From Octopus sinensis (Eukaryota): a DNA stretch of 27,834 bases. Made by a program: the position numbers and the translations under genes. The notes below the pieces were generated by a model, which saw nothing but the letters and a program-made list of their open reading frames with translations, searched no databases and had not been told where the DNA came from. Location: positions 1 to 27,834 of the forward strand of contig NW_021835591.1 of assembly GCF_006345805.1 (NCBI RefSeq), read 5' to 3'. Shown here one piece after another: positions 11,279-21,777 of this stretch (position 1 is the first letter of the stretch; each line of letters starts with the position of its first letter).

Positions 11279-12366
11279 TTAGAGTATGTTTAGTTGTGGT
11301 CTGTATTTTTGAATAAGATTACTTTCCTTATTTATTCGTGTTTGGTCTGTGGTGTTGTCCGAGCATGGTATAGTGGGAAGACTAAGAATGTGGGACTTAT
11401 TGTGTGCACAAAGGTCTAAGTGGTCCCTTAGTGGTATTTGTCTTGTGGAGGGGTCCCTCAGTTGTTGTCGGTGAACTGTCATTCTTTCTGAGGGTAAGGC
11501 TCGTTTTGCCCTATGTAGTCTTCGTGGCATCCTTCACACCTTATGACGTAGAGTAAATTTTTGATGCGCACGTGAAATCATTTTTTATGATGAATGTGTG
11601 TCCGAGTGGAACTTGTACGACGATCCCTCAATGAGGTGGATGCAGGTCTTGCAGTTGGGGCGACCACATTTTTTTATGGTGGGCGGGTGGGTTTGTGTTG
11701 TGTAATTTTGCGTTGGTGAGGAGGTTTTTTAGGATTTAGGTGTGTCTCTTACTTTTTATTATTTTATGAGCTGCCAGTATTTTTTTTTCAGGCGTGGTTT
11801 GATTTAGTTGTGGAATGTTGTTGTATATAATAGTGTAAGCTTCTGCATTCCTTGGGTTGTGGTGTTGAGAGATAGGGGAGGCTATTTACTGTACTGTGGA
11901 TGTGTTTGGGTTTTCGAAGGTCTTGAATGTTGATTGATTTGGCCCGTTCTATTCCGTTGTCTACTAGTGATGCCGGGTAATGTCTTTCGAGAAGAATTGC
12001 CCTTAGTTCCCGGAGTCTTCTATTTCGTGTTGTGTCATTTGAGACAATAGTGCAGATTCTTCTCGCTAGGTTGAAGGGGATATTTGTCTTTTGTGTTTTG
12101 GGTTGATGGGAGGTGAATAGAAGGTATTGTTTAGAGTCAGGGGGGAGTGGGTGTTTGTAATGTTTCAGTTTCAATGTGAGACGCTTTTTTAATAATTAGG
12201 ATGTCAAGAAAAGGGAGTTTGTCCTGACTATATTCCATTGTGAATTGAATGTTGTTATTTACACTGTTGATAAGGTTTTTGAAGTCTATAAGTTGGTCGA
12301 TGTGTGGGACCATAGGATGAGGCAATCATCTAAGTAGCGTTTCCAGTTTCTCCAATTGGTTGCGTT
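11279..12366 (-). mobile_element. Penelope-like retroelement remnant (Neptune-type): RT C-terminus, Cys linker and GIY-YIG endonuclease; frameshifted and 5'-truncated
   Basis: WKRYLDDCLILW (YLDD at 12325-12336), IQFTME..LPFLDI, the PLE thumb KQYLLFTSHQP..KTNIPFNLARRICTIVS, CGRPNCKTC (11642-11668), and across frameshifts LLYVIRCEGCHEDYIGQ...RMTVHRQQ. Stop at 11279-11281. Confidence 0.92.
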
Positions 12367-12406
12367 ATATATATATATATATATATTCACACACACACAC
12401 ACACAC

Positions 12407-12482
<76 letters not shown>

Positions 12483-12517
12483 TCACACCACACACATATA
12501 TATATATATATATATAT

Positions 12518-12562
<45 letters not shown>

Positions 12563-12568
12563 TATATA
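12367..12568. repeat. Alternating (TA)n/(CA)n microsatellite at the PLE 5' junction
   Basis: Seen directly. Confidence 0.95.
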
Positions 12569-13915
12569 TGACAACTAACTTAAGCGATAGTTGCAAGCAT
12601 GCACATAAAAATCAAATGTAATATTTATATTGTCATCATCCAAATGAAAGGAAATCTCCTACTTTTATTACCTGTTTTTCGTCTAAGACTGAAGTAATGC
12701 CCCGTAATGCTGCAGGTCATTCTATGAGTGCTCATAAACATACATACATACATAAAAGAAATTAACCAACTAACTTGCTCGTAGCTCACATAAATACTTT
12801 CTATAAGTGGAACAGTAAAAATGTGCAATACTTTTCTCATATTCAAAATCTGACATTGCTTTCATTATCTACATTCCAACGATGGAACTTTGTATCTTTG
12901 TTAGAAACCAGCTGTTTCCTCAGAGGAAGTATTTATATAATTAAAAACAGAAGAGAACATACATTCATACATACATAGTTTAATGTCTGTGTGCGTGTGT
13001 GCGCGTCACAAAGTGAATTTGTGTCTTTGTATGTATGAATCCAACAATGTGTGTGCATGTGCTTATATGTCTAAGCGCGTGCACAGTAGGACATGACGTC
13101 AAAAATAACTAGACGCCATTGTTTTTTAACAATTTGTTTACAGAATCATTGAATGAAATTTGATGCATCTAAATACATGGCCAAGTAATTTAGTACACTT
13201 GCCATTTGAAAAGCAAAATGCATTTCCTCTCAAACGTCATTACAATAATTTCTGAAACTGTAGCAATATATATATCTCTGCAATCCATACAACGATCGCA
13301 TAATTGTTTTCGACACAGATTTTTTTTCTACATTGTTCTTTAGACTGTATTTATTATAATCACAAAATTTTCATCCATGTCAGAAGACTGACAGATAAAT
13401 TTCCAGGCCACGTTTTTCTTTTAAAATTCATTTGTGTATATTTTTCGTTATATTTATGGGTTTTTGTATACCACCACACACACACACACACACCCACATA
13501 TATATTATAATATATATATATATAATATATATAATATATTATATATATCTATGTATATACAGCCGAAATCTGCGATGAGGAATCGGTTTCTGACTGATTG
13601 AAGAACGAAGGCTTTGAATGACCCGTCTGTCTCTTATGTTCGTCCCTTCGTGTAATTCACGTTATTTATTTATGTAAAGGTTTATTCTATATATATATAT
13701 AATATATATATATAATATATATTAGATATCATGACAACACCATTTGAATAACAAAATTCCAAGTTCCCCTTGTGAATAACTAATGAATTTGGTAGATGCA
13801 CTCACACGCACACATACACAAACAGACTAAAATACATCGTCTAAGATACAAATTTTCTCCATCCCCTTCCAACGAGCATCATTTCACCCATTTTCTTTCT
13901 GAAGCAAACGGTTCT

Positions 13916-13920
13916 TAATA

Positions 13921-13973
<53 letters not shown>
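13916..13973 (+). repeat. (TAA)n microsatellite at the 5' junction of the Dong-like RT
   Basis: Seen directly. Confidence 0.95.
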
Positions 13974-15192
13974 GGCAGAACTAGTCATTTCAATTAGGGA
14001 AGTGAAGAAAAATCAGCAAAAAACATGAGCAATTAGAAGGCCTCGAGCCCAGATGGATTTCAAGGCTACTGGATGAAAAGATTTGGTGAATGTCATGCAC
14101 GAATTGCTGCGCAACTCAACACCTTGTTAAATGCCGACCAAGTAACACCAAAGTGGTCGACATTGGTTCGGACGGTGCTGTGCTTGAAAAACATCGAAAA
14201 AGGCAATACGGTAGACAATTACAGGCTGATATCCTGTTTGCCACTTATGTGGAAATTATTGAGTGGAGTACTTGCAGAGTCAGTGTACGAACATTTGGGG
14301 GAAAATGGAATCCTGTTACATGAGCAGAAGGGTTGCAAGTGTAAGTACAGAGGTACCAAGGATCAACTCCTGATAGACAATACTGTACTTAAAGACTGCA
14401 AGAGGAGGAAAAGTAACTTAGCCGTGTCATGGATAAACTATCGTAAGGCGTACGATATGATCCCACATTCTTGGATTATGGAATGTATGAACCTGTTTGG
14501 TATTGCATCAAATGTTGAGCGATTGCTTGGAAAAAGTATGGCGAATTGGAGGACGGACCTGGCAGCATACGGAAGAAGTTTAGTGACAGTAGAAATCAGG
14601 AGGGGCATCTTCCAAGGGGACTGCTAGCCCCCACTGATCTTTGTACTGTGCTTGATACGACTAACACTGATTCTGAGGAAACCAAAAGCTGGGTATGTAT
14701 TCAAAAGCCGCCAACAAAAAGTCAACCATTTGTTATTCATGGATGATCACAAACTTTTTGGTAAAGATGAAGCCCAAGTCATTTCCCTCGTTCATACGGT
14801 GTATACTTTCAGTGCTGATATCGGAATGGAGTTCGGACTGAGAAAGTGTGGTGTGTTAGTCTTGAAGAGAGGAAAAAATCAAATGTATGGACAGGCTAAG
14901 GATACCGTCGGGGGAGGTTATGAAGCAGATAGAAGAGATGGGCTATAAGTACTTGGGGGTTTTTGGAAATGGAGAAATTAATGGAGAAAAAATGACAGAA
15001 AAATTTAAGGTGGAGTACTTGCGCGGACTGAGACTGATCCTTGAGTCGAAATTAAACGGACGGAAAAAGATCGAAGCTATCAATACCTGGGCGGTGTCAC
15101 TCCTTAGATATGGAGCAGGGGTAATCGTATGGACAGTAGATGAACTAAGCTTAGACAGAAAGACAAAGAAGTTGCTAACTAGATATGACTGA
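13974..15192 (+). mobile_element. R4/Dong-like non-LTR retrotransposon RT domain, inactivated
   Basis: [44 protein letters not shown] (catalytic D to N), [52 protein letters not shown]. Frameshifts near 14625 and 14880. The EQKGC and HLLFMDD motifs are typical of the R4/Dong group. Confidence 0.9.
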
Positions 15193-15195
15193 TTC

Positions 15196-15287
15196 TATCC
15201 AGCGGTTCTTGAGATTCTGTCCACGGACAAAGAAACAAACATGAGTGAAAACAATACCTCCGTCTTCGCTAAGGGGGAGGCAATAAT
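15196..15287 (+). mobile_element. Possible terminus of a non-autonomous Helentron/HINE-like or MITE element
   Basis: CTTGAGATTCTGTCCACGGACAAAGAAACAAAC...GAAAACAATACCTCC-(loop)-GGGAGGCAATAA with a terminal hairpin. The resemblance is from memory only. Confidence 0.3.
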
Positions 15288-15310
15288 AATAGTAATACAG
15301 CTTTATTTTT

Positions 15311-15395
15311 AAGAGATGATGCATTATGTACATTATTTACATTATTTACATTTGACGGATATTTGTCCTCATCTGGTTTCTTGTTAACACAACGT
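15311..15395 (-). mobile_element. 3' tail fragment of the hammerhead SINE family H3
   Basis: AAGAGATGA..ATTATGTACATTATTTACATTATTTACATTTGACGGATATTTG...GTTAACACAACGT matches 25228-25312. Confidence 0.85.
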
Positions 15396-15404
15396 AATAA
15401 TAAT

Positions 15405-15624
15405 AATTCTTTCTACCATAGGCACAGGGCCTGAATTTCTTTTTTTGGTGGGGAGTATAGTTGATTACATCGACCCCAGTACTCAACTGATATTTAATTT
15501 ATAGACCCTGAAAGGATGAAAGGCAAAGTCGAGCTCGGCGGAATTTGAACTCAGAACGTAACGATGAGCGAAATAGAGCTAAGCATTTTGTCCAGCGTGC
15601 TAACGATTCTGCTAGCTCCCCCTT
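15405..15624 (-). mobile_element. Meta-like tRNA SINE, full-length, (ATT)n-tail type
   Basis: Reverse complement of the 996-1208 type copy; flanked by (AAT)n. Confidence 0.85.
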
Positions 15625-15634
15625 CATAATAATG

Positions 15635-15689
<55 letters not shown>

Positions 15690-15697
15690 TAATAATA

Positions 15698-16140
15698 AAA
15701 AGATCAGAAAAAAAGCTGTGTTTATTAATTGACATGAGTATTCCTTGTGATCACAATATAGCGGCGAAAGAATTTGACAAGATCAGTAAATATAAAGACT
15801 TGCAAATAGAAATTGAAAAAAATGTAGCATCTCAAGGCGTCTACAATACCAGTGATTGTAGGATCTCTAGGAATGATAAAAAAAAAAGGTACTGAAACCT
15901 ATTTGAAAATGATACCAGGCTTACCATCCCCACAGGAAGCGCAAAAAATCGTGTTAACAGGAACGAGTCATGTACTGAGAAGAGCATTATCGCTGTGAAA
16001 ACAACATTCACTCATGAATCTATTTATTTATTAATTTTTTAAATACATATTTTACCTGTGAATGCATACAATGAGCTTCTCTGCCCTAGGTGTACGGAAA
16101 ACACTCGGCGAGAAACGGAAGAAAATTTGAAGAAAGAAGG

Positions 16141-16142
<2 letters not shown>
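15698..16142 (+). mobile_element. R4/Dong-like 3' end no. 1: restriction-like endonuclease C-terminus and 3' UTR
   Basis: KLCLLIDMSIPCDHNIAAKEFDKISKYKDLQIEIEK, then after a frameshift MWHLKASTIPVIVGSLGMIKK...QKIVLTGTSHVLRRALSL* (stop 15996-15998). Bounded by (AAT)n on both sides. Confidence 0.88.
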
Positions 16143-16187
<45 letters not shown>

Positions 16188-16190
<3 letters not shown>

Positions 16191-16480
16191 GAAATTGAGA
16201 TAACTCGAATGTGGAACCTAAAAGCAGAAACAATTCGTATTATAATAGGCGCATTAGGTATGATAAAAAAACATTCTGACAAATACATAGCAAAACCACC
16301 AGGACTTACAAGTATATATGACATACAGAAACTAGCACTACTAGGCACCGCACACATCCTACGTAAAACACTTTCAATACAGAGAAAATACGAGTACCAC
16401 AAAAAAATAAACAGCACATACCCAAGGCACACAGAGCTGCACCCGGTATTGCAGTGAAAGCACGCGATAAAAATAAAACT

Positions 16481-16483
<3 letters not shown>
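16188..16483 (+). mobile_element. R4/Dong-like 3' end no. 2 (different subfamily)
   Basis: EIEITRMWNLKAETIRIIIGALGMIKK...IQKLALLGTAHILRKTLSIQ, with a different 3' UTR. Bounded by (AAT)n on both sides. Confidence 0.88.
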
Positions 16484-16529
<46 letters not shown>

Positions 16530-16543
16530 TGATGATGATGATG

Positions 16544-17221
16544 ATTTCAAATTTTGGCACAAGGCCAGCAATTTCGGGAGTGGGGATTAGTCTATTACAT
16601 CGACCACAGGGCTCAACAGGTACCTATTTTATCGACCCTGGAAAGATGAAAGTCGACCTCGGTGGAATTTCAACGTAAATACGGATGAAATGCCGCAAAG
16701 CATTTTGTCCGGCGTGCTAACGATCCTACCAGCTATCGATCCACGTATTTAATAATAATAATGATAATAATAATAATCCTTTCTACTATAGGCACAAGGT
16801 CTGATATTTTGGGGGGAAGGGTGCCAGTCGATTAGATCGACCCTTGTACGCGACTGGTACTTAATTTATCGACCCCGAAAGTATGAAAGGCCGACTTGAC
16901 AGACAGTCCAAACTCCCGGTAGACTCAATATCTTCAATCAATAACATCACGATATTGGATTCTTTGCGACATCTTAATAATAATAATCCATTCTACTATA
17001 AGCACAAGGCCACTGGTACTTAATTTATCGACCCCGAAATGATGGTAGGCAAAATCGATAATACTATTGGTTGAAGGCCTGTAATTTGGGGTGTGGAGGT
17101 TTTTCGATTACATCGACCTCAATACATAACTGGTAACAGAAGGAATGAAAGCCAAGTTAAACTAGGTTGAAGTTGAACACAGAAGCATGTCGTTAACCAC
17201 TTTGTCCGTTGCACTAACGAT
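16544..17221 (-). mobile_element. Cluster of degenerate or partial Meta-like SINE copies (16544-16734, 16777-16890, 16986-17060, 17075-17221)
   Basis: Recurrent GGCACAAGG..., ATCGACCCC..GAAAG.ATGAAAG and GCGTGCTAACGAT motifs. Confidence 0.75.
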
Positions 17222-17572
17222 GATGATGATTTTCTTCAGTTACCAACAGGGCGACGGATGAGAGGGAGCCGACATACACAATGGTGTGGAATGGTTTAAA
17301 GACAAATAGTATACAAATAGTATAACAGTATTAACAAGATAATAATAATATCTGTCGTCCTTTGTCCGTCACTATTGCTTCGTTATAGAATAATATATCA
17401 GCCATCTGGATAAGATACTGATGCAGTTATTCAATAATTTATTTATTTCTATACACACCAGATGTGGGATGTAGAATCCAAAACCGAGGGATGGAAGAGA
17501 ACTAGCGAATTTGTTACGATGCTTTGTTGTTTTTTTTTATACTTTTTTTTTGCATAATTAGCATTGTAATCC

Positions 17573-17606
<34 letters not shown>

Positions 17607-17754
17607 GCATGGGAGTGAGTGGGATCGACGATGAGACAGACAGAAGTTTTTTTCCGGGTGTTGGTTTTGGATTATTTTCAATTATTCATAGCAATAGAGG
17701 ATTGCCGTTAACCATTGTCTGGATGTGTTACTGTTGCTGCCGATCTCGTTCTTA

Positions 17755-17914
17755 TTCATCATCATCAATCATCATCATCATCGTCATCGTCATCATCGTC
17801 GTCATCATCATCATCATCATCATTATTATTACTATTACTGCCAATGTTATCACTTCCTTTTCACCCACTCATTCAGCTAGTTCTCTCACCCTCACCTTCT
17901 ATCTATCCCCCCTC

Positions 17915-17976
<62 letters not shown>
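17755..17976. repeat. (CAT)n/(CGT)n and (CT)n microsatellites
   Basis: Seen directly. Confidence 0.9.
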
Positions 17977-17979
<3 letters not shown>

Positions 17980-18330
17980 AACTGATGTTCCATATGGTTG
18001 AGAATTAATATCCATTTTGATTCAAAGAACAAATTCCTGTCTGTTCTAAAAAGACTAGATCCATTAACAAATTCAAAGACAACTGGCCAGTTATTAATGC
18101 TACTTTCCTTTAGTTACAGTTTATTCCCGAACAAAGCTACAACCAAAGGCATTCCGGCCGTGACCATCCCATTTTCCCTATGTGCAGGGAAACCAAGATC
18201 ACGCTATACCAAGTGCATTTTAAAGACAATAGTATGTGATTTAGGGGAGATTTGGCTGTTATTTCTAGCAGGGCCAGCAACTAATAATGATTCCCTTAAT
18301 GGCTTAGCTTGCACACTGTTATGCACACTG

Positions 18331-18634
18331 TTGTTTGTTCCTTCTCGAGCCATACTTGGCTCATAAGGACCGGTTTCTCGATTTCTTTGGCGTATAGGTT
18401 TCCCACCTGGACGGGACGCCAGTCCGTCGCAGCTGAGCTGCAAGATGCAGGAGGAAAGAGTGAGAGAAAGTTGTGGTGAAAGAGCCAGCAGAAGTTCGCC
18501 ATTACCTTCAGCCAGAGCCACGTAGAGCTTAGGTGTTTCGTTCGTAAACACACACATTGCGCGGTCTGAGATTCGAATCTGCGATCCCTCGACCGTGAGT
18601 CCGATGCTCTAACCACTAGGCCATGTGCATCCAC
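18331..18634 (-). mobile_element. tRNA-derived SINE with the 19481-family head and mid-body but a different 3' part
   Basis: The minus-strand head GTGGATGCACATGGCCTAGTGGTTAGAGCATCGGACTC is colinear up to CTTTCACCACAACTTTCTCTCACTCTT. It then continues CTGCGACGGACTGGCGTCCCGTCCAGG...GAAACCGG..ATGAGCC...GGCTCGAGAAGGAACAAACAAC. Confidence 0.85.
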
Positions 18635-18669
18635 GTTATGTAGTATACACACCAGTATTTAATAAATTC

Positions 18670-18848
18670 TTTCAATTTTTGACTCAAGGCCAACAATTGT
18701 AAGAGCGCTTGACTGGTATTTGATTTTATCGACCCGGAGAGGATGAAAGGCAAAGCCGAGCTTGGCAGGATTTCGCCTCAGAACGTAAAAAGCCGGAAAC
18801 ACGCGATTTAGTGTTTTTATCCAACGTGCTTTCGATTCTGTCAGTTCG
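18670..18848 (-). mobile_element. Degenerate Meta-like SINE copy
   Basis: TTTTATCGACCCGGAGAGGATGAAAGGCAAAGCCGAGCTTGGCAGGATTT...CAGAACGT. Confidence 0.7.
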
Positions 18849-18926
18849 TTGAGTTTGACCAGTATTTAATAAAACAGACAAATGTTATAGACAGAAAACT
18901 CTTACTTTATAGAGGACATTTCTCGC

Positions 18927-19060
18927 TTTGATATATGCCATTTGCTTTTCTATATTAGTGTTTGATATATGTCATTTGTTTTTTCATATTAGTGTTTGAC
19001 ATATGCCATTTCTTTTTTTCCTATTAGTGTTTGACAAGTCATTTGTTTTTGGTATTAGTG
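18927..19060. repeat. Four tandem copies of a ~34-bp unit (TTTGATATATGCCATTTG...ATTAGTG)
   Basis: Units start at 18927, 18961, 18995 and 19030. Confidence 0.85.
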
Positions 19061-19065
19061 ATATA

Positions 19066-19238
19066 ACCCGTAAGTTAGCGGTTCGACAAAAGAACTGATA
19101 AAACAAGTAACAGGCTTAAAAAGAAATGTACTAGAGGTACTAGAGTTGATTCGTTCGACCAAGATTCTTCAAGGCGGTGCTCCAGTATGGCTGCAGTCTA
19201 ATGACTGAAACAAATAAAAAGTAAAATATAAAAGAAAG
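19066..19238 (+). mobile_element. 3' fragment of the CORE-like SINE
   Basis: GTAAGTTAGCGGTTCGACAAAAG...AAGGCGGTGCTCCAGTATGGCTGCAGTCTAATGACTGAAACAAATAAAA. Confidence 0.8.
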
Positions 19239-19480
19239 ATATGTAATAAAGTTCTAATTAAAAACATTAATGTGGTGAGGAAAAGGTAGCATTATTCTCC
19301 AATCAAAATTGCTCTTCCAAAAACATGTGACGATAAAGTTAAATGTCTTCTATGAGCCGATGACCAGATAAAACAAGCTTTTCATTTCAATCTTCAATTA
19401 TTCTATTTATTTCGAAAGCTCAGATAACAGTTGATTACTTCTCTTATGTCTGGTAGATAGTTGTTGCTATATATACAAAC

Positions 19481-19868
19481 GTGGAGGCGCAATGGCCCAG
19501 TGGTTAGGGCAGCGAACTCGCGGTCGTAGGATCGCGGTTTCGATTCCCAGACCGGGCGTTGTGAGTGTTTATTGAGCGAAAACACCTAAAGCTCCACGAG
19601 GCTCTGGCAGGGGATGGTGGTGATCACTGCTGTACTCTTTCACCACAACTTTCTCTCACTCTTACTTCCTGTTTCTGTTGTACCTGTATTTCAAAGGGCC
19701 GGCCTTGTCACTCTCTGTGTCACGCTGAATATCCCCGAGAACTACGTTAAGGGTACACGTGTCTGTGGAGTGCTCAGCCACTTACACGTTAATTTCACGA
19801 GCAGGCTGTTCCGTTGATCGGATCAACCGGAACCCTCGTCGTCGTAACCGACGGAGTGCTTCCATCCA
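19481..19868 (+). mobile_element. Full-length tRNA-derived SINE with target-site duplication
   Basis: A-box TGGCCCAGTGG and B-box GGTTTCGATTCC. TSD TGTTGCTATATATACAAAC at 19462-19480 recurs at 19869-19889 with one extra TA. Confidence 0.93.
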
Positions 19869-20099
19869 TGTTGCTATATATATACAAACGTCTTAGAATG
19901 CATCTCAAGAAAACCCACCCGACTAACTGGCATGAAATTTTCCGCCAGTAAACAACCAGCTCTGGTCCATAGACGTACTTTTACCTTATTAGAGTTAATA
20001 ATCTCTAGCCTACAAACGTATTTTTACTTCCTCTCTCTCTCTGCCCTGTCCATTGCTTCTGTAGCGGATATCTGCTACTTTCAGAACTGCCTTATCTGA

Positions 20100-20295
20100 T
20101 AATACGCCAACTAGCGCACTCCCAACACACGCCTTACACGTGTTGTGCTCCTGACTTACTCCTCGCACTCAGTGCTGCCTTCACAGAACGACGATTCTCT
20201 GGAATTCCGCCATTGTGTATACTTATTTTTTTTCCCGAGGAGTCGATTTATAATTGTTTAACATTAACGTCGTTAACCTCACCAATCTTTGAAGG
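20100..20295 (+). mobile_element. Highly decayed 3' end of a CR1/L2/Jockey-group LINE
   Basis: From 20161: PRTQCCLHRTTILWNSAIV...F..DL*LFNINVVNLTNL*. This resembles the PRT...RT..LWN.LP...FP...DL..FK..VN C-terminal pattern. Confidence 0.45.
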
Positions 20296-20974
20296 GAGCG
20301 AGTTATGATGGCCTTTAGACCATCCTCTAGTTCCAGACAAGTATATATGTGCATATATATATATAGAGCAAACCCCCCCCCATCCAATGGACGGTGCTGT
20401 GGTGTCAATCATTTAAACCGAATTTTCTCAAAACAACTTGTCCGACCGTCCCATAGGCCACCCCTTTGAGAAACACTGATTTAATCTAAATTTGAGACAC
20501 CAGCAAAAGAAGAAATAAAGATAGACCTTTTTCTATTCTAAAGAAAAACGATTTTATTCGCACAAATAAGCAACCGAAGAGTTTAAATTACCACAAATGA
20601 TAAGCCGTTGACTGGGAGAACACAAACATGGTAAATCATTTATTAGCAAGAAAATAGTATTTTCTTCCTTGAATAAAAAGCAATCAGTGTTTTCTTTTCA
20701 TTAAAAAATAATTAAGCATGCCTTTATTTCAATAAAATTTTTGGTATTCTTAAACGAAGTTAAGGCAAAAAAAAAAAACTTCTTGAGAAACCAAATAGAC
20801 TTTCCTTCCTGCATGCCAAGTTTGAAGAAAATATCTCTTTTGCATCTTACGTTTCTGGTCTCTTAAATATACTGCATTTTGTTGCCTTATTTCAAGCCAG
20901 CCGGCATTTTTTGCGCAAACTGCACGTGCATTTTTCTCGCGTATGCGTAGAATCGATCGCAACAGCTGATGTAC

Positions 20975-21260
<286 letters not shown>

Positions 21261-21471
21261 TATTGGTATCCAGAAGACCCAATATGGCAGGTAAGGCTAT
21301 GTCTGTGCTACGGGAGGACCGTAGTTAGACTCTCGGTTCGATAATAATACAAGTGAGGAGTCTAACGTGGGCCTTGTGTGAGCATGTATATGTTAAATAA
21401 AATGAGACAGCAATAAAATGTGACACCGAGTGGTGTGTGGAATTTATAGGACATTTATAAAGAGAAAAGTA

Positions 21472-21519
21472 GTCTTACAGCTGTTTCTGGGATAGTAGGA
21501 ATATCCCTTCATCAGAGAC
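21472..21519 (-). ncRNA. Minimal type I hammerhead ribozyme (H2a)
   Basis: Exact reverse complement of 21730-21777. Confidence 0.8.
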
Positions 21520-21729
21520 GATATGAGAGAAATAGTAGAGTAAAAAAATAGAGTTCAATATAAGGAGTTATTTTGGAAAAGGCTGGATGTAGTAAGCATA
21601 AAGGGAAATAAGAGAATAAAAATAAAAATAAAAATATATGTAGGATGTTACAGCTGCAGTTCCATTATCCAAGGAAAGTGCTGTTAAATGGGTAGAAATG
21701 CTTCTTGTCCATATTATTTCTCTCATATC

Positions 21730-21777
21730 GTCTCTGATGAAGGGATATTCCTACTATCCCAGAAACAGCTGTAAGAC
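21730..21777 (+). ncRNA. Minimal type I hammerhead ribozyme (H2b)
   Basis: GTCT-CTGATGA-A-GGGATA/TTCCTAC/TATCCC-A-GAAA-palindromic ACAGCTGT-A|AGAC. Helix I is GTCT/AGAC and cleavage is after GUA at 21773. Confidence 0.8.

Noticed and set aside
13094-13101. Perfect CRE palindrome TGACGTCA in repeat-free sequence
   Set aside because: A single 8-mer with no promoter or conservation evidence is compatible with chance.
13561-13690. TA-flanked cassette with CTGATTGAAGAACG..., possibly another decayed PLE terminus or hammerhead
   Set aside because: The core and GAAA are not intact and the helices cannot be drawn. A family consensus would be needed.
17573-17977. 134-aa ORF with an apparent signal peptide
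   Set aside because: The poly-Leu comes from (TTG)n, and the rest runs through (CAT)n and (CT)n repeats.
19481-19555. tRNA-like sequences here and at 4356, 18560-18634, 24700-24770, 25460-25531 and 27086
   Set aside because: These are SINE heads continuous with repeat bodies and have no complete cloverleaf, so they are not tRNA genes.
20459-20479. hAT-like TIR (minus strand CAGTGTTTCTCAAAGGGG)
   Set aside because: No partner TIR or 8-bp TSD was found.
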